Shown in pieces: positions 38,780 through 48,863 of a stretch of DNA of 64,000 bases (its first letter is position 1; every line of letters starts with the position of its first letter). A model generated the notes under the pieces. The model did no database searches and had not been told where the DNA came from. It saw nothing but the letters and a program-made list of their open reading frames with translations. Both the position numbers and the translations under genes were made by a program. The stretch comes from Nemertoderma westbladi (lineage: Eukaryota; Animalia; Xenacoelomorpha), in assembly GCA_032718475.1 (NCBI GenBank), contig JAUCBJ010001616.1, positions 62,001 through 126,000 on the forward strand, read 5' to 3'.

Positions 38780-41700
38780 TTAATTACGGTTGGACCCTAC
38801 AATCTATAATTAAATTCACAGTGACCGACAATCGACCAAAGAAAAAAAGAACAAAAATGAAACCAATAGAACTTCATTATACACTATCATTACAAAGTGA
38901 AAAATGCAAAAAAAAAAACAAAAAAAAAAAAATTTACGAGGGTGGATATTTATGGCCCAGTATTGCGAATATATTAATTATACAATATTACACAGATAGA
39001 AGTACTTCCCAACGGTCCCGTAAAGTCGAGGACGTACAAATATTAAAACAAACTGAAAGTAAATCGTTACTAGAAGACGCTACTCGCCTTGCGAACGAGC
39101 CTGCCGCAACCCTACATATTGCTACAAAAGCATTAACTCGATTATTTACAAAAATTGTATCCGCGTCATCACAGCGACAATACTTAAAAAGTAACCTGAA
39201 CGCAGTATTGTAGGCTACACGGACCTTACGTAGTTCCTCAACTCTAAATATACTCCACAATGAAGTACAATAAAGACTGTAACAATAAGTTTTAAATAGC
39301 GCTCGTTTCACTGGCAATGAGCAACCGCCAAAGAAGCGTGCTAACTGGTTACCATGGCGATAAAGAGAACGCTTAGCAACCATCATATCAGACTCATCTG
39401 ACAGTGAACTACTAAGTATGTGTCCTGGATAAGTAAGTTCTTTTACGCAAGGTATTATTTTACCACATAAATAAACATCCCCAGATCTACCTAGTTTACA
39501 TGGGTGATAATATAAACACTTAGATTTACCGGGGTTATACAGAATATCCGGATCGATACCATACTTTTCACAGATTCGTAATAGCACTCTCAGACCCTGT
39601 ATACTGGGGGCCAAGACACAAAGGTCGTCGGCGTAAAGTAAGTTATTTATCCTACTGGACCCAACTTTACATCCTACAGAAGCACGATTTAATAATTTAC
39701 TCAAATCATTAAGATAAATGTTGAACAAAAGAGGAGACAACAATGAGCCTTGTCGTACAGAGTTACCGACACGAAAAACAGCTGAGGTAGCATTACCCCA
39801 GGTTACAGTTAGCACTTGGTTAGTGTACCAGTAGAATAAAATACGTACTATACACACGGGTACTTTGAGATTTAATAATTTCTGAAAAAGTTTGTAATAA
39901 TTAACCCGATCGAACGCTTTACAGGAGTCTAAGAATGCCACATAAACAGGCGAGTCACGAGAGATATATAAATGAACTGTGTCTTTAAGAACATATATAC
40001 AAGTCTCGGTACCCAGTCCTGGACTAAAACCAAATTGATTGTCGGTCAATTTCGTTTTTTCCTTAATTCTACCAAATATACAAGATTCAAACACTTTAGC
40101 ACAAATATTAGATATATTTATAGGCCTATAATTATCCTTATCAGACAAAGAGGCATTCTTATTCTTTACAATAGGAAACAAAGCACAAACCATAAATGAA
40201 CTAGGAAGATATCCATGCGTTAATAATGCATTAAACAATAACGATAAAATAACACAGAGGTTATCACCGGCATACATAAAAAGTTCCGGACAGACGCCAT
40301 CGGGCCCGGCGGCCTTCCCGCCATTCAGCCCCTCGATAGCCGATTTTACTTCGCGAGGGGAAACATGAGTTTTCCCCTCACCATCCCAATTTTCAAAGGT
40401 TTTCTTTAGAGACGAGATATCTTTCTCGTTGACGTCAACTGAGTTAAAAATACGTTCATAATTACCACGAAACAGATCAGCAATATCCGCGTCAGAATGA
40501 GCGTCACCAACTGAAGACGCTCTAGGGATTCTAGAATTAGTTATTTTCTGGGTTTGACGCCAAAAGTCCTTATTAGAAGCGAGAAATGAATTGGCCAATT
40601 TATCATTCCGAATCTCCTTCTCTCGGGCTCTACAGTTACGTAGAGCCAATTTATATTGAGCTGACGTTTTCCTTTTTACTTCCCAAAGCAACCCCGTTTT
40701 AGGGTTTCCATTTTCCCGCCAAATACGGAAGGCCTCACGAGAGGCCTCTCGTTTTTCTTTCACAAATTCATTCCAACCGGGGACCACTGGTTTGTTAGAG
40801 CCCCCCGTTTTAGAATCCCGAAAACATTCCGAACCAGAATTTTTCAAAATACGCATAACATTATCATGTAGCAACTGAAATTGTAACAAATGTGCCTCGT
40901 TGCAACAATGTACATCAGAACAAATAATTACTTCGTGGGGCAATATAATATCAGAAAATAAAACATTAGTACGATCGGCATATGCACGTTTCATGTTATT
41001 ATCTACTTTGTCCCAGAAGGGGGCGCTATAATTCTTACGTGAGTCATTATTCAAATTATTAGTTCCATTACAAAAATTATCACTGCGAAAAAATAAATTT
41101 GAATGAAATAGGCATATGATCAAACTCTGACACCTCATACAGTATCTTCATATCCAAAATTAACTTATGAAATTCGCAACTCGATATCACGTGGTCGAGC
41201 CAAGACACGGTACCGTGTACATGGCTCGTGTATGTGAACGAGTTACTAGGTAACAAATGAGAGTCAGAAATATACAGCTTTTCACTGTCGCAAAATTTCA
41301 TAAGTTCCTTGCCAAAGCTTCGGCGCGGGTCAGCGTTAAAGTCTCCCAATATACAGTTACTAGTAAAAGTATTAAAATCAATGATCGAACCACATTTACC
41401 CAATAATTCAGAGAAATGGTCCATATTATCGTTCGATTGGCACGGCATATAAACATTGAGAAAAAGGCTCTGTGGGCCATCCGGGGCGCCAACCCGCAGA
41501 CCCATAATACGCTCCTCATTGAACTCCTGAAAATTAATATAAGGAGCCAATGGCTTGCGCCATAAAGCCGCCAAACCACCATGTGGCCTACCCACCCTCG
41601 GGCCGAGGGACAGGTCGACTGAGGAGACTCCCCTACCAAAAAAACTATCGTGGATAGAATTCAGTTTATGCAGATCTTGCTTTACCATCCAAGTTCCCTG

Positions 41701-41880
41701 TAAAAAAACAATATCATGACTGTCTAGCAACTTAGTAACGTGGGGCAGGTTATTATCAATGCCATTACAGTTAAATGTACATATACGGAGCGAACTAGAT
41801 ATGGGTGCCATCACGCTTTCTGGGACCATAGAACGAGCCTGGGCCCCAATACTCGTACGGCTTTATGTGTAACACGCCAG
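38780..41880 (-). mobile_element. Near-intact APE-RT non-LTR retrotransposon (RTEX-like, clade tentative)
   Basis: Endonuclease ORF 41829-41080 (TFNCNG, GRPHGG, GDFNAD, WLDH) and RT ORF 41138-38988 (NQFGF, VRQGSLLSP, YADD) separated by one frameshift. Confidence 0.93.
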
Positions 41881-43729
41881 TGTAAATATTATTAATATCC
41901 TATTGAATCACAGCTTATTGTGAAATTAATTAAATTATTCTGGAACATCACCAATTTGCTACTTACTTTTCCCTACTGTTCCTTTTGTTTGGCTTGTGTT
42001 ATGTAAATTTAGGTAGAATTTCCATGAATAAACATACATAAGCAAAATAAAATTTTGTAGACTTTTTTTTGTCATTAATAAGGTAATATAGAATCCAAAA
42101 TATGTGGTTCGGATTGATTGCGAAATACTTATGGGTTTTTTGCTAGATTGACTCGACTATAAGCCTTTACATTACAATTGAGCTTACCCTGAGTTGATGA
42201 CAGTATTGTAACGATGACAATTAGGCCCTATAGATACATACGATATATAAATAATGTACTGCTTGACATTACACTAACTGGCTGAATAGAGATAGAACTA
42301 TAATAATATAATAATAATAGTAGTAATGGTTTACCCTATTTCTGCGACAGTTTAGTCCAACTTCACACCTTGGGTGTTAAGTAGGTCATTAATTAATTAA
42401 CCAATTAATTAATTGGTCGATTAAACAATTAATTAATTGTTTAATCAATCGATTTGTATCAAATAATGTTGCCAAAGGCAATTTAATTTGACACAAATCA
42501 ATCAGATAGGGACGCGCGATGAATAAATTGTACTACAGCAAACGAAATATCGAGGCCCAAAACATAAATTACCCTCACACGAAAATAAAGTGGCCCCAGT
42601 TTGGCCCCGAGTCATCCCTCAATAATCTATGGCTGGTTGGGATCTTATTAGCCGTAGCATAACTAACCCAAACATCAATGCGTGAATGGGGCCTGCTACA
42701 GAGTTTAAATTATTCAAACCCACAGCTTCGTTATTATATCAATTCATCCAAGAAATTAGAATAAACATCTGGTATGGCAATAGTTTGCATTCTTTCATAT
42801 TGTGCAGTTTACGCATGCATTAGCTCAACAACAAAGCCCTACCCAAACGCCATGTGTCAAATTAATTCCCAACCATATCTATACCACAGTGGATACTGCA
42901 GTTTTATTGTTTGAAAATATGCCTAACCCCTCACGCGCCGTTGGACTCTTATTAGCCGTAGCATGACTAACCCAAACATCAATGCGTGAATGGGGCCTGC
43001 GTGAATGGGGCCTGCCACAGAGTTTAAATTATTCAAACCTTCAGCTTCGTTATTACATCAATTCGCCTAAGAAAATTATAATAAACATCTGCTCTTGCAA
43101 TAGATTGCATTCTTTCGCATTGTACTTTATGAAGCAGTCCACTCGCGTCTGACCGCACATAATTAAATAAGGCCCTCTTTTAATACATAAGTTATATACA
43201 GTTTATCTTAAATTTATTGAATTTGTTTTTATTTACAACCCTAATTGTTCTACCGTATTATAATTTATGTTTTATTATAACAAGCTATACCCTGTTAATC
43301 TTTATTAATTTTATTTGTACTGAAGTTTTCGAGGGCGCTGTTTCCAATGGTCCTACTCTCAAAGCGATCTAACCTACTGTATAATTAATTACTTAAGTCT
43401 GCGAGGTATGCGTAAGTAACAAATCTCGTTTACCAGTTTTCCTTAAAAACTATGAATCTATATTGCTTAAGAGTTCTGAGGGGTGAGCCATGAGGCAAGG
43501 TGTTTGATACTTTTTAGATATATTATTACTTAATTTTGACCCCCCAGACGGTATCTATTACAATATAGGCTATATCTTTTTGCGGAGTCACAGAGTAGTC
43601 TGAAGATCCGAGTCTGCTGCTAGAGGGTGAAATGTCTCAAAGTGAAAATCATACAGTAACTATGAATTGGTTGCTAGGCAATAATACTACATTTTGTATA
43701 GTTAGGCCTATTGCTGATCGAACGAAAAC

Positions 43730-43805
43730 TGCCCTGGTCCATGTGAGGATCGAACCCACGACCTACTGGAGATGTGAATTCAAAGCAACCACTACACCAA
43801 GGTGG
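43730..43805 (-). ncRNA. tRNA(Val-CAC)-like Pol III head, left arm
   Basis: Minus strand: A box TGGTGTAGTGG, loop TTCACAT, B box GGTTCGATCC in a T-arm GTGGG/CTCAC, then TTTT. The acceptor stem is poor, so this is not a functional tRNA. Confidence 0.65.
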
Positions 43806-43876
43806 AACAGTAACGTTCGAATTTGTTCGTTAACGTTCGAATTTGTAAGACTCTGATTTAAGACCTGAGGCACTCC

Positions 43877-44460
43877 CCACAACCACAGCCACAGCCACAA
43901 CCACAGCCACAACCACAGCCACAGCCACAGCCACAGCCACAACCACAGCCACAGCCACAGCCACAACCACAGCCACAGCCACAGCCACAGCCACAGCCAC
44001 AGCCACAACCACAGCCACAACCACAGCCACAGCCACAACCACACCCACAGCCACAACCACAGCCACAGCCACAGCCACAACCACAGCCACAGCCACAACC
44101 ACAGCCACAACCACAGCCACAGCCACAACCACACCCACAACCACAGCCACAGCCACAGCCACAACCACAGCCACAGCCACAGCCACAACCACAGCCACAG
44201 CCACAGCCACAGCCACAGCCACAACCACAGCCACAGCCACAACCACAGCCACAGCCACAACCACAACCACAGCCACAGCCACAGCCACAACCACAGCCAC
44301 AGCCACAGCCACAACCACAGCCACAGCCACAGCCACAACCACAGCCACAGCCACAGCCACAACCACAACCACAGCCACACCCACAGCCACAGCCACAGCC
44401 ACAACCACAGCCACAGCCACAGCCACAACCACAGCCACAACCACAGCCACAACCACAGCC
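43877..44460. repeat. (CCACAG/CCACAA)n hexamer array, left arm
   Basis: Direct inspection; reverse complement of 46065-46875. Confidence 0.98.
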
Positions 44461-44564
44461 TCACCTTCACCCACTTTATTGTTAAATACGCCTGAGAAAA
44501 ATTCAAGAAACATCTGGTTTACAATAGATTATTCTTTTTTCACAACTCCATTCTAGCCTCCCTC

Positions 44565-44599
44565 TATAAAAGCCCCCATTCACCGCATTCTCATTCATT
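44565..44599 (+). promoter_or_regulatory. TATA box and TCATT initiator of the central cassette
   Basis: TATAAAA at 44565; TCATT at 44591 and 44595 (A 28-32 nt downstream); ATG at 44712. Confidence 0.6.
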
Positions 44600-44711
44600 C
44601 TCTAATTTTTATTTTTAAAAGTTTTATTTATTTTCATAAAAGTTTTATTTATTTAAAATTTTGTAAAATCATTCAGCGAAAATTCATAATATCAATTGAC
44701 ATTGCTATATA

Positions 44712-45470
44712 ATGCCTAGCTATGAAAGATGTTTGGTTTGTAATAAAGAAATGAGACGAGACAGTATATCCCGTCATATGAGTATACATAGAAAGGAAGG
44801 TGTAATGGAACCATTACCAAAGAAATTAAAAAATAATGATGATATTTTTAGTGAAGAAGAAAACAAAAAGAGAGTTGAGAGTGATTTTCTAGAGATTAAA
44901 CAAATGATGAAACATAAATTCGAGAAAATCATGAATATTTTGAAGAATATACAGAAACAGCCACATAGTGAAAAGGACGATGAGAGTGAGGAAGAGAATA
45001 AATCAGAGGAAAGTGAGAATGATGAAACGGAGAGTGAGATAGAGAAAGAAGAAAATGAGAGTGGTGGTGAAGAAAATGAGAGCGAGAAAGAAGTCGAGGA
45101 ACATGAAAGTGGTGAGGATAATGACTCAGATAATGAGGAGATATTAAGACATGTATTAGGAAATAAAAATAAATTGCAGAAAATAATTAGACAATTGAAT
45201 GAAATGCAGAAACATTCGCATAAGGAGAGTGATAATGATGGAAATGAGAGTGATGAGGATGAATCGGAGGAGAGTAGCGATGACAGTGAGGAAGAATCAA
45301 AGGAGGGTAGCGATGACAGTGAGGAAGCATCAGAGGAGAATGACAATGAAAATGGACAGAAAATCAGAGTAGGGAATGGAAAAGTTATATCTCCGGCAAC
45401 TGTTGTATATCGACCTAGGATTATGAACAGTAACAGTCGTACAGTTAGTGCGAGACAGTGCAGAAGATAA
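44712..45470 (+). CDS. Intronless C2H2-like zinc finger plus acidic low-complexity protein (element cargo)
   Basis: CLVC-x12-HMSIH (C-x2-C-x12-H-x3-H), basic PKKLK, coiled-coil and D/E/S-rich tracts; upstream TATA/Inr; AATAAA at ~45836. Confidence 0.7.
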   Translation: MPSYERCLVCNKEMRRDSISRHMSIHRKEGVMEPLPKKLKNNDDIFSEEENKKRVESDFLEIKQMMKHKFEKIMNILKNIQKQPHSEKDDESEEENKSEESENDETESEIEKEENESGGEENESEKEVEEHESGEDNDSDNEEILRHVLGNKNKLQKIIRQLNEMQKHSHKESDNDGNESDEDESEESSDDSEEESKEGSDDSEEASEENDNENGQKIRVGNGKVISPATVVYRPRIMNSNSRTVSARQCRR

Positions 45471-45742
45471 TTAGACAATTGAATGAAATGCAGAAACATT
45501 CGCATAAGGAGAGTGATAATGATGGAAATGAGAGTGATGGGGATGAATCGGAGGAGAGTAGCGATGACAGTGAGGAAGAATCAGAGGAGAGTAGCGATGA
45601 CAGTGAGGAAGCATCAGAGGAGAATGACAATGAAAATGGACAGAAAATCAGAGTAGGGAATGGAAAAGTTATATCTCCAGCAACTGTTGTATATCGACCT
45701 AGGATTATGAACAGTAACAGTCGTACAGTTAATGCGAGACAT
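45175..45742 (+). repeat. 284-bp tandem duplication of the 3' end of the ZnF-acidic ORF
   Basis: TGCAGAA(A/G)ATAATTAGAC at 45175 and 45459; the two copies are near-identical. Confidence 0.95.
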
Positions 45743-46064
45743 TAATTATAACCGAAATATTGTATATGTTTGAAATATTTATTATATTTAGTCGTATTAA
45801 TTATGTAATTTCATAATAATATGCTTAATTAAACAAATAAAGTCAACTTGATCCTGAGTTCTGAGTCGTTTTGTGTGGTGGTGGGTAATTGTATTTGTAA
45901 TTTTAATTTGTGTAATGGTCTAATATATATTATATATTATAAACCACTATAAATGATCAGTCCTGTCTGATCCTATTTTAAATGCATAATGAATGAGTAA
46001 CCAAAACATCAAATTAGTTAAACATTTTGACAACAGATAAACAAATATTCTCCTGTGGGGAGAA

Positions 46065-46875
46065 GTGGTGGCTGTGGTTGTGGCTGTGGTTGTGGCTGTG
46101 GTTGTGGCTGTGGCTGTGGTTGTGGCTGTGGCTGTGGTTGTGGCTGTGGCTGTGGTTGTGGCTGTGGCTGTGGTTGTGGCTGTGGCTGTGGCTGTGGCTG
46201 TGGTTGTGGCTGTGGCTGTGGTTGTGGCTGTGGCTGTGGCTGTGGCTGTGGCTGTGGCTATGGCTGTGGCTGTGGCTGTAGCTGTGGCTGTGGTTGTGGC
46301 TGTGGCTGTGGTTGTGGCTGTGGCTGTGGCTGTGGTTGTGGCTGTGGTTGTGGCTGTGGCTGTGGTTGTGGCTGTGGCTGTGGTTGTGGCTGTGGCTGTG
46401 GCTGTGGTTGTGGCTGTGGCTGTGGTTGTGGCTGTGGCTGTGGCTGTGGCTGTGGCTGTGGTTGTGGCTGTGGCTGTGGCTGTGGTTGTGGCTGTGGCTG
46501 TGGCTGTGGCTGTGGCTGTGGTTGTGGCTGTGGCTGTGGTTGTGGCTGTGGCTGTGGCTGTGGCTGTGGCTGTGGTTGTGGCTGTGGCTGTGGCTGTGGT
46601 TGTGGCTGTGGCTGTGGCTGTGGCTGTGGCTGTGGCTGTGGTAATGGCTGTGGCTGTGGCTGTAGCTGTGGCTGTGGTTGTGGCTGTGGCTGTAGCTGTG
46701 GCTGTGGTTGTGGCTGTGGCTGTGGTTGTGGCTGTGGTTGTGGCTGTGGTTGTGGCTGTGGCTGTGGCTGTGGTTGTGGCTGTGGCTGTGGCTGTGGCTG
46801 TGGTTGTGGCTGTGGCTGTGGTTGTGGTTGTGGCTGTGGTTGTGGCTGTGGCTGTGGCTGTGGCTGTGGTTGTGG
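46065..46875. repeat. (GTGGCT/GTGGTT)n hexamer array, right arm
   Basis: Direct inspection. Confidence 0.98.
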
Positions 46876-46944
46876 GGAGTGCATCAGGTCTTAAATCAGA
46901 GTCTTACAAATTCGAACGTTAACGAACAAATTCAAACGTTACTG

Positions 46945-47016
46945 TTTCACCTTGGTGTAGTGGTTGCTTTGAATTCACATCTCCCGCATGTCATGGGTTC
47001 AACCCTCACATGGACT
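46945..47016 (+). ncRNA. tRNA-like Pol III head, right arm
   Basis: A box TGGTGTAGTGG and B box GGTTCAACCC; mirror copy of 43730-43805. Confidence 0.6.
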
Positions 47017-47474
47017 TGACACATGGCGTTTGGGCGATGGCTTTGTTGTTTAGCTAATATGCGCGTGGACTGCTTCGCAATACAATGCGAAAGAATGCAA
47101 TCTATTGCAAGAGCAGATGTTTATTATAATTTTCTTAGGCGAATTGATGTAATAACGAAGCTATAGGTTTGAATAATTTAAACTCTATCGCAGGTCCCAT
47201 TCACGCGTTGACATACAGTATAGGATTCGATGTTTGGATTAGTCATGCTATGGTTAATAAGAGCCCAACGACCGCAGATTATTGAGGGATGACTCAGGGC
47301 CAAACTGGCCCACTTTATTTTCGAGTGAGGGTAATTTATGTTTTGGGCCCCGATTGTGTCTTTATATTTCATTCTAGAGTATAACTCAACGTGGGATTCC
47401 GTGGGATGCTTAATCCTTCACGCATGCCATACCAAAAACTATGGTTCTGTTTGAAATGTTAAGGTGGACCTTTC

Positions 47475-47507
47475 TATATAAATAAAACCATGTAAAGTTA
47501 GATCATT
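47475..47507 (+). promoter_or_regulatory. TATA box and TCATT initiator of the GTSF1-like cassette
   Basis: TATATAAA at 47475; TCATT at 47503 (A 28-30 nt downstream); ATG at 47612. Confidence 0.6.
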
Positions 47508-47611
47508 ATCTCTAAAAAATATTAAGCGAGGTTTTTCAAAGTTTTTTTTTTTTTTTTTTTAAAAAGTAAATCTAAATAAATTTTGTCTTTTGTCTTTTGT
47601 CTTTTGTTACT

Positions 47612-47923
47612 ATGGAATATTTTATATGTCCATATGATGCCACACATCGAATTCATTCAGAAAAATATGTCAACCATTTAAGAAAATGTCGTAAGAACTT
47701 TCCCAGCGAAAAAATGGTTCAGTGTCCTTTCGAAGTCGCACACAGCTTCAGAGAAGCTGAAAAGGACCACCATCTGCTGTATTGCGAATATAGGAACAGG
47801 AACTCAATTTTTCAGAAAATAAAAGAGGAGAAAAAAGAAGAGAAAAAAGAAGAGAAAAAAGAAAAAAAGGTAGAGAAGAAAGGAGAATGTTCGATGGCGT
47901 GGGGAGAAGAGGTGTGGGATTGA
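47612..47923 (+). CDS. GTSF1: GTSF1/Asterix-like protein: two U11-48K-type CHHC zinc fingers, KE linker and EEVWD tail (103 aa, intronless)
   Basis: CPYDATH-x9-HLRKC and CPFEVAH-x9-HLLYC both fit C-x5-H-x9-H-x3-C. CPYD..H.I....HL.KCRKN.P closely matches the GTSF1 first finger as recalled. Acidic Trp C-terminus WGEEVWD. Confidence 0.88.
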   Translation: MEYFICPYDATHRIHSEKYVNHLRKCRKNFPSEKMVQCPFEVAHSFREAEKDHHLLYCEYRNRNSIFQKIKEEKKEEKKEEKKEKKVEKKGECSMAWGEEVWD

Positions 47924-48863
47924 AGTTGGTATGCGCGAGAAAAACTACAGTAACTAGTATAGAGAAGATTGGGGTTAATTTGAGACATGGTGTTTGGGTA
48001 TTGCCTTTGTTGATGAGCTAATACAACGACCGCAGATTATTGATGGATGACTCAGGGCCAAACTGGTCCACTTTATTTTCGAGTGAGGGTAATTTATGTT
48101 TTGGGCCCCGTTCTCATCTTTATATTCATTCTACCTTTACCTACTGTACGGCAAAAATAATACAAATGTATTGTATATTATATTGTATGGTTCCTATTGT
48201 GTTGTATATTTCGTTTGTTATAGTACAATTTATTCATCTCGCGTCCCTATCTGATTGATTTGTGTCAAATTAAATTGCCTTTGGCAACATTATTTGATAC
48301 AAATCGATTGATTAAACAATTAATTAATTGTTTAATCGACCAATTAATTAATTGTTTAATTAATTAATGAACTACTTAACACCCAAGGTGCGAAGTAGGT
48401 CCAACTGTCGCCAAGAGTGGCAAACCATTACTACTGGTACATGTTTAATTTTTATGGTAGATAGTGTTTTCAATGGTAGTTAGTGTATTCATAAAAATGG
48501 TACAGTAGTTATTTAATAGTATTATATTATTAGTACTATTATAGTATTTAAAAATACCAACATATCGTATTATTATTATGAATATCCATATTAAATTTGG
48601 TTTATCTTCATTTATTTATCAGTGAAAAGAGTCTAGTATTGAAGAAAATAAAATAACGTGATTTCTGCAGCAATTTATTAAATAGATAATGAAAAAAATC
48701 TACAGTAGTTGCACAGATTCGGTCGTCCTTACGACTCATTTCCAGTATAGAACCCACAGAACTATACTTCTTACAGGCAAAGAGATAACTGGTGCCGGGA
48801 CTCATTTAAGGACCATTTAATTAACAAAGCAAATATGCGCCCTGGTTTGGTTAGTCCCTTTAA

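Larger units (their letters stand above)
42319..48435. mobile_element. ~6.1-kb non-autonomous fold-back element with AGTAGT termini (Maverick/Polinton-like) carrying two genes
   Basis: Begins AGTAGTAATGGTTT and ends AAACCATTACTACT. 42319-42630 is inverted to ~48030-48435, ~42550-43150 to ~47020-47350, and 43735-44460 to 46065-47015. No transposase or integrase, and no TSD seen. Confidence 0.8.

Noticed and set aside
44774-45630. Ser/Leu/Phe-rich minus-strand ORFs
   Set aside because: Antisense shadows of the acidic ORF at 44712.
43763-46922. WLWL, VAVA, GCGC and PQPQ ORFs
   Set aside because: Artefacts of stop-free hexamer arrays; no unique coding context.
42313-48441. 6-bp TSD for the fold-back element
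   Set aside because: Flanks aataat and ggtaca do not match, so the Maverick assignment stays tentative.
48608-48805. Possible Tc1-like HTH relic (KKYSSVGSILEMSRK)
   Set aside because: Too short and divergent to call without a search.
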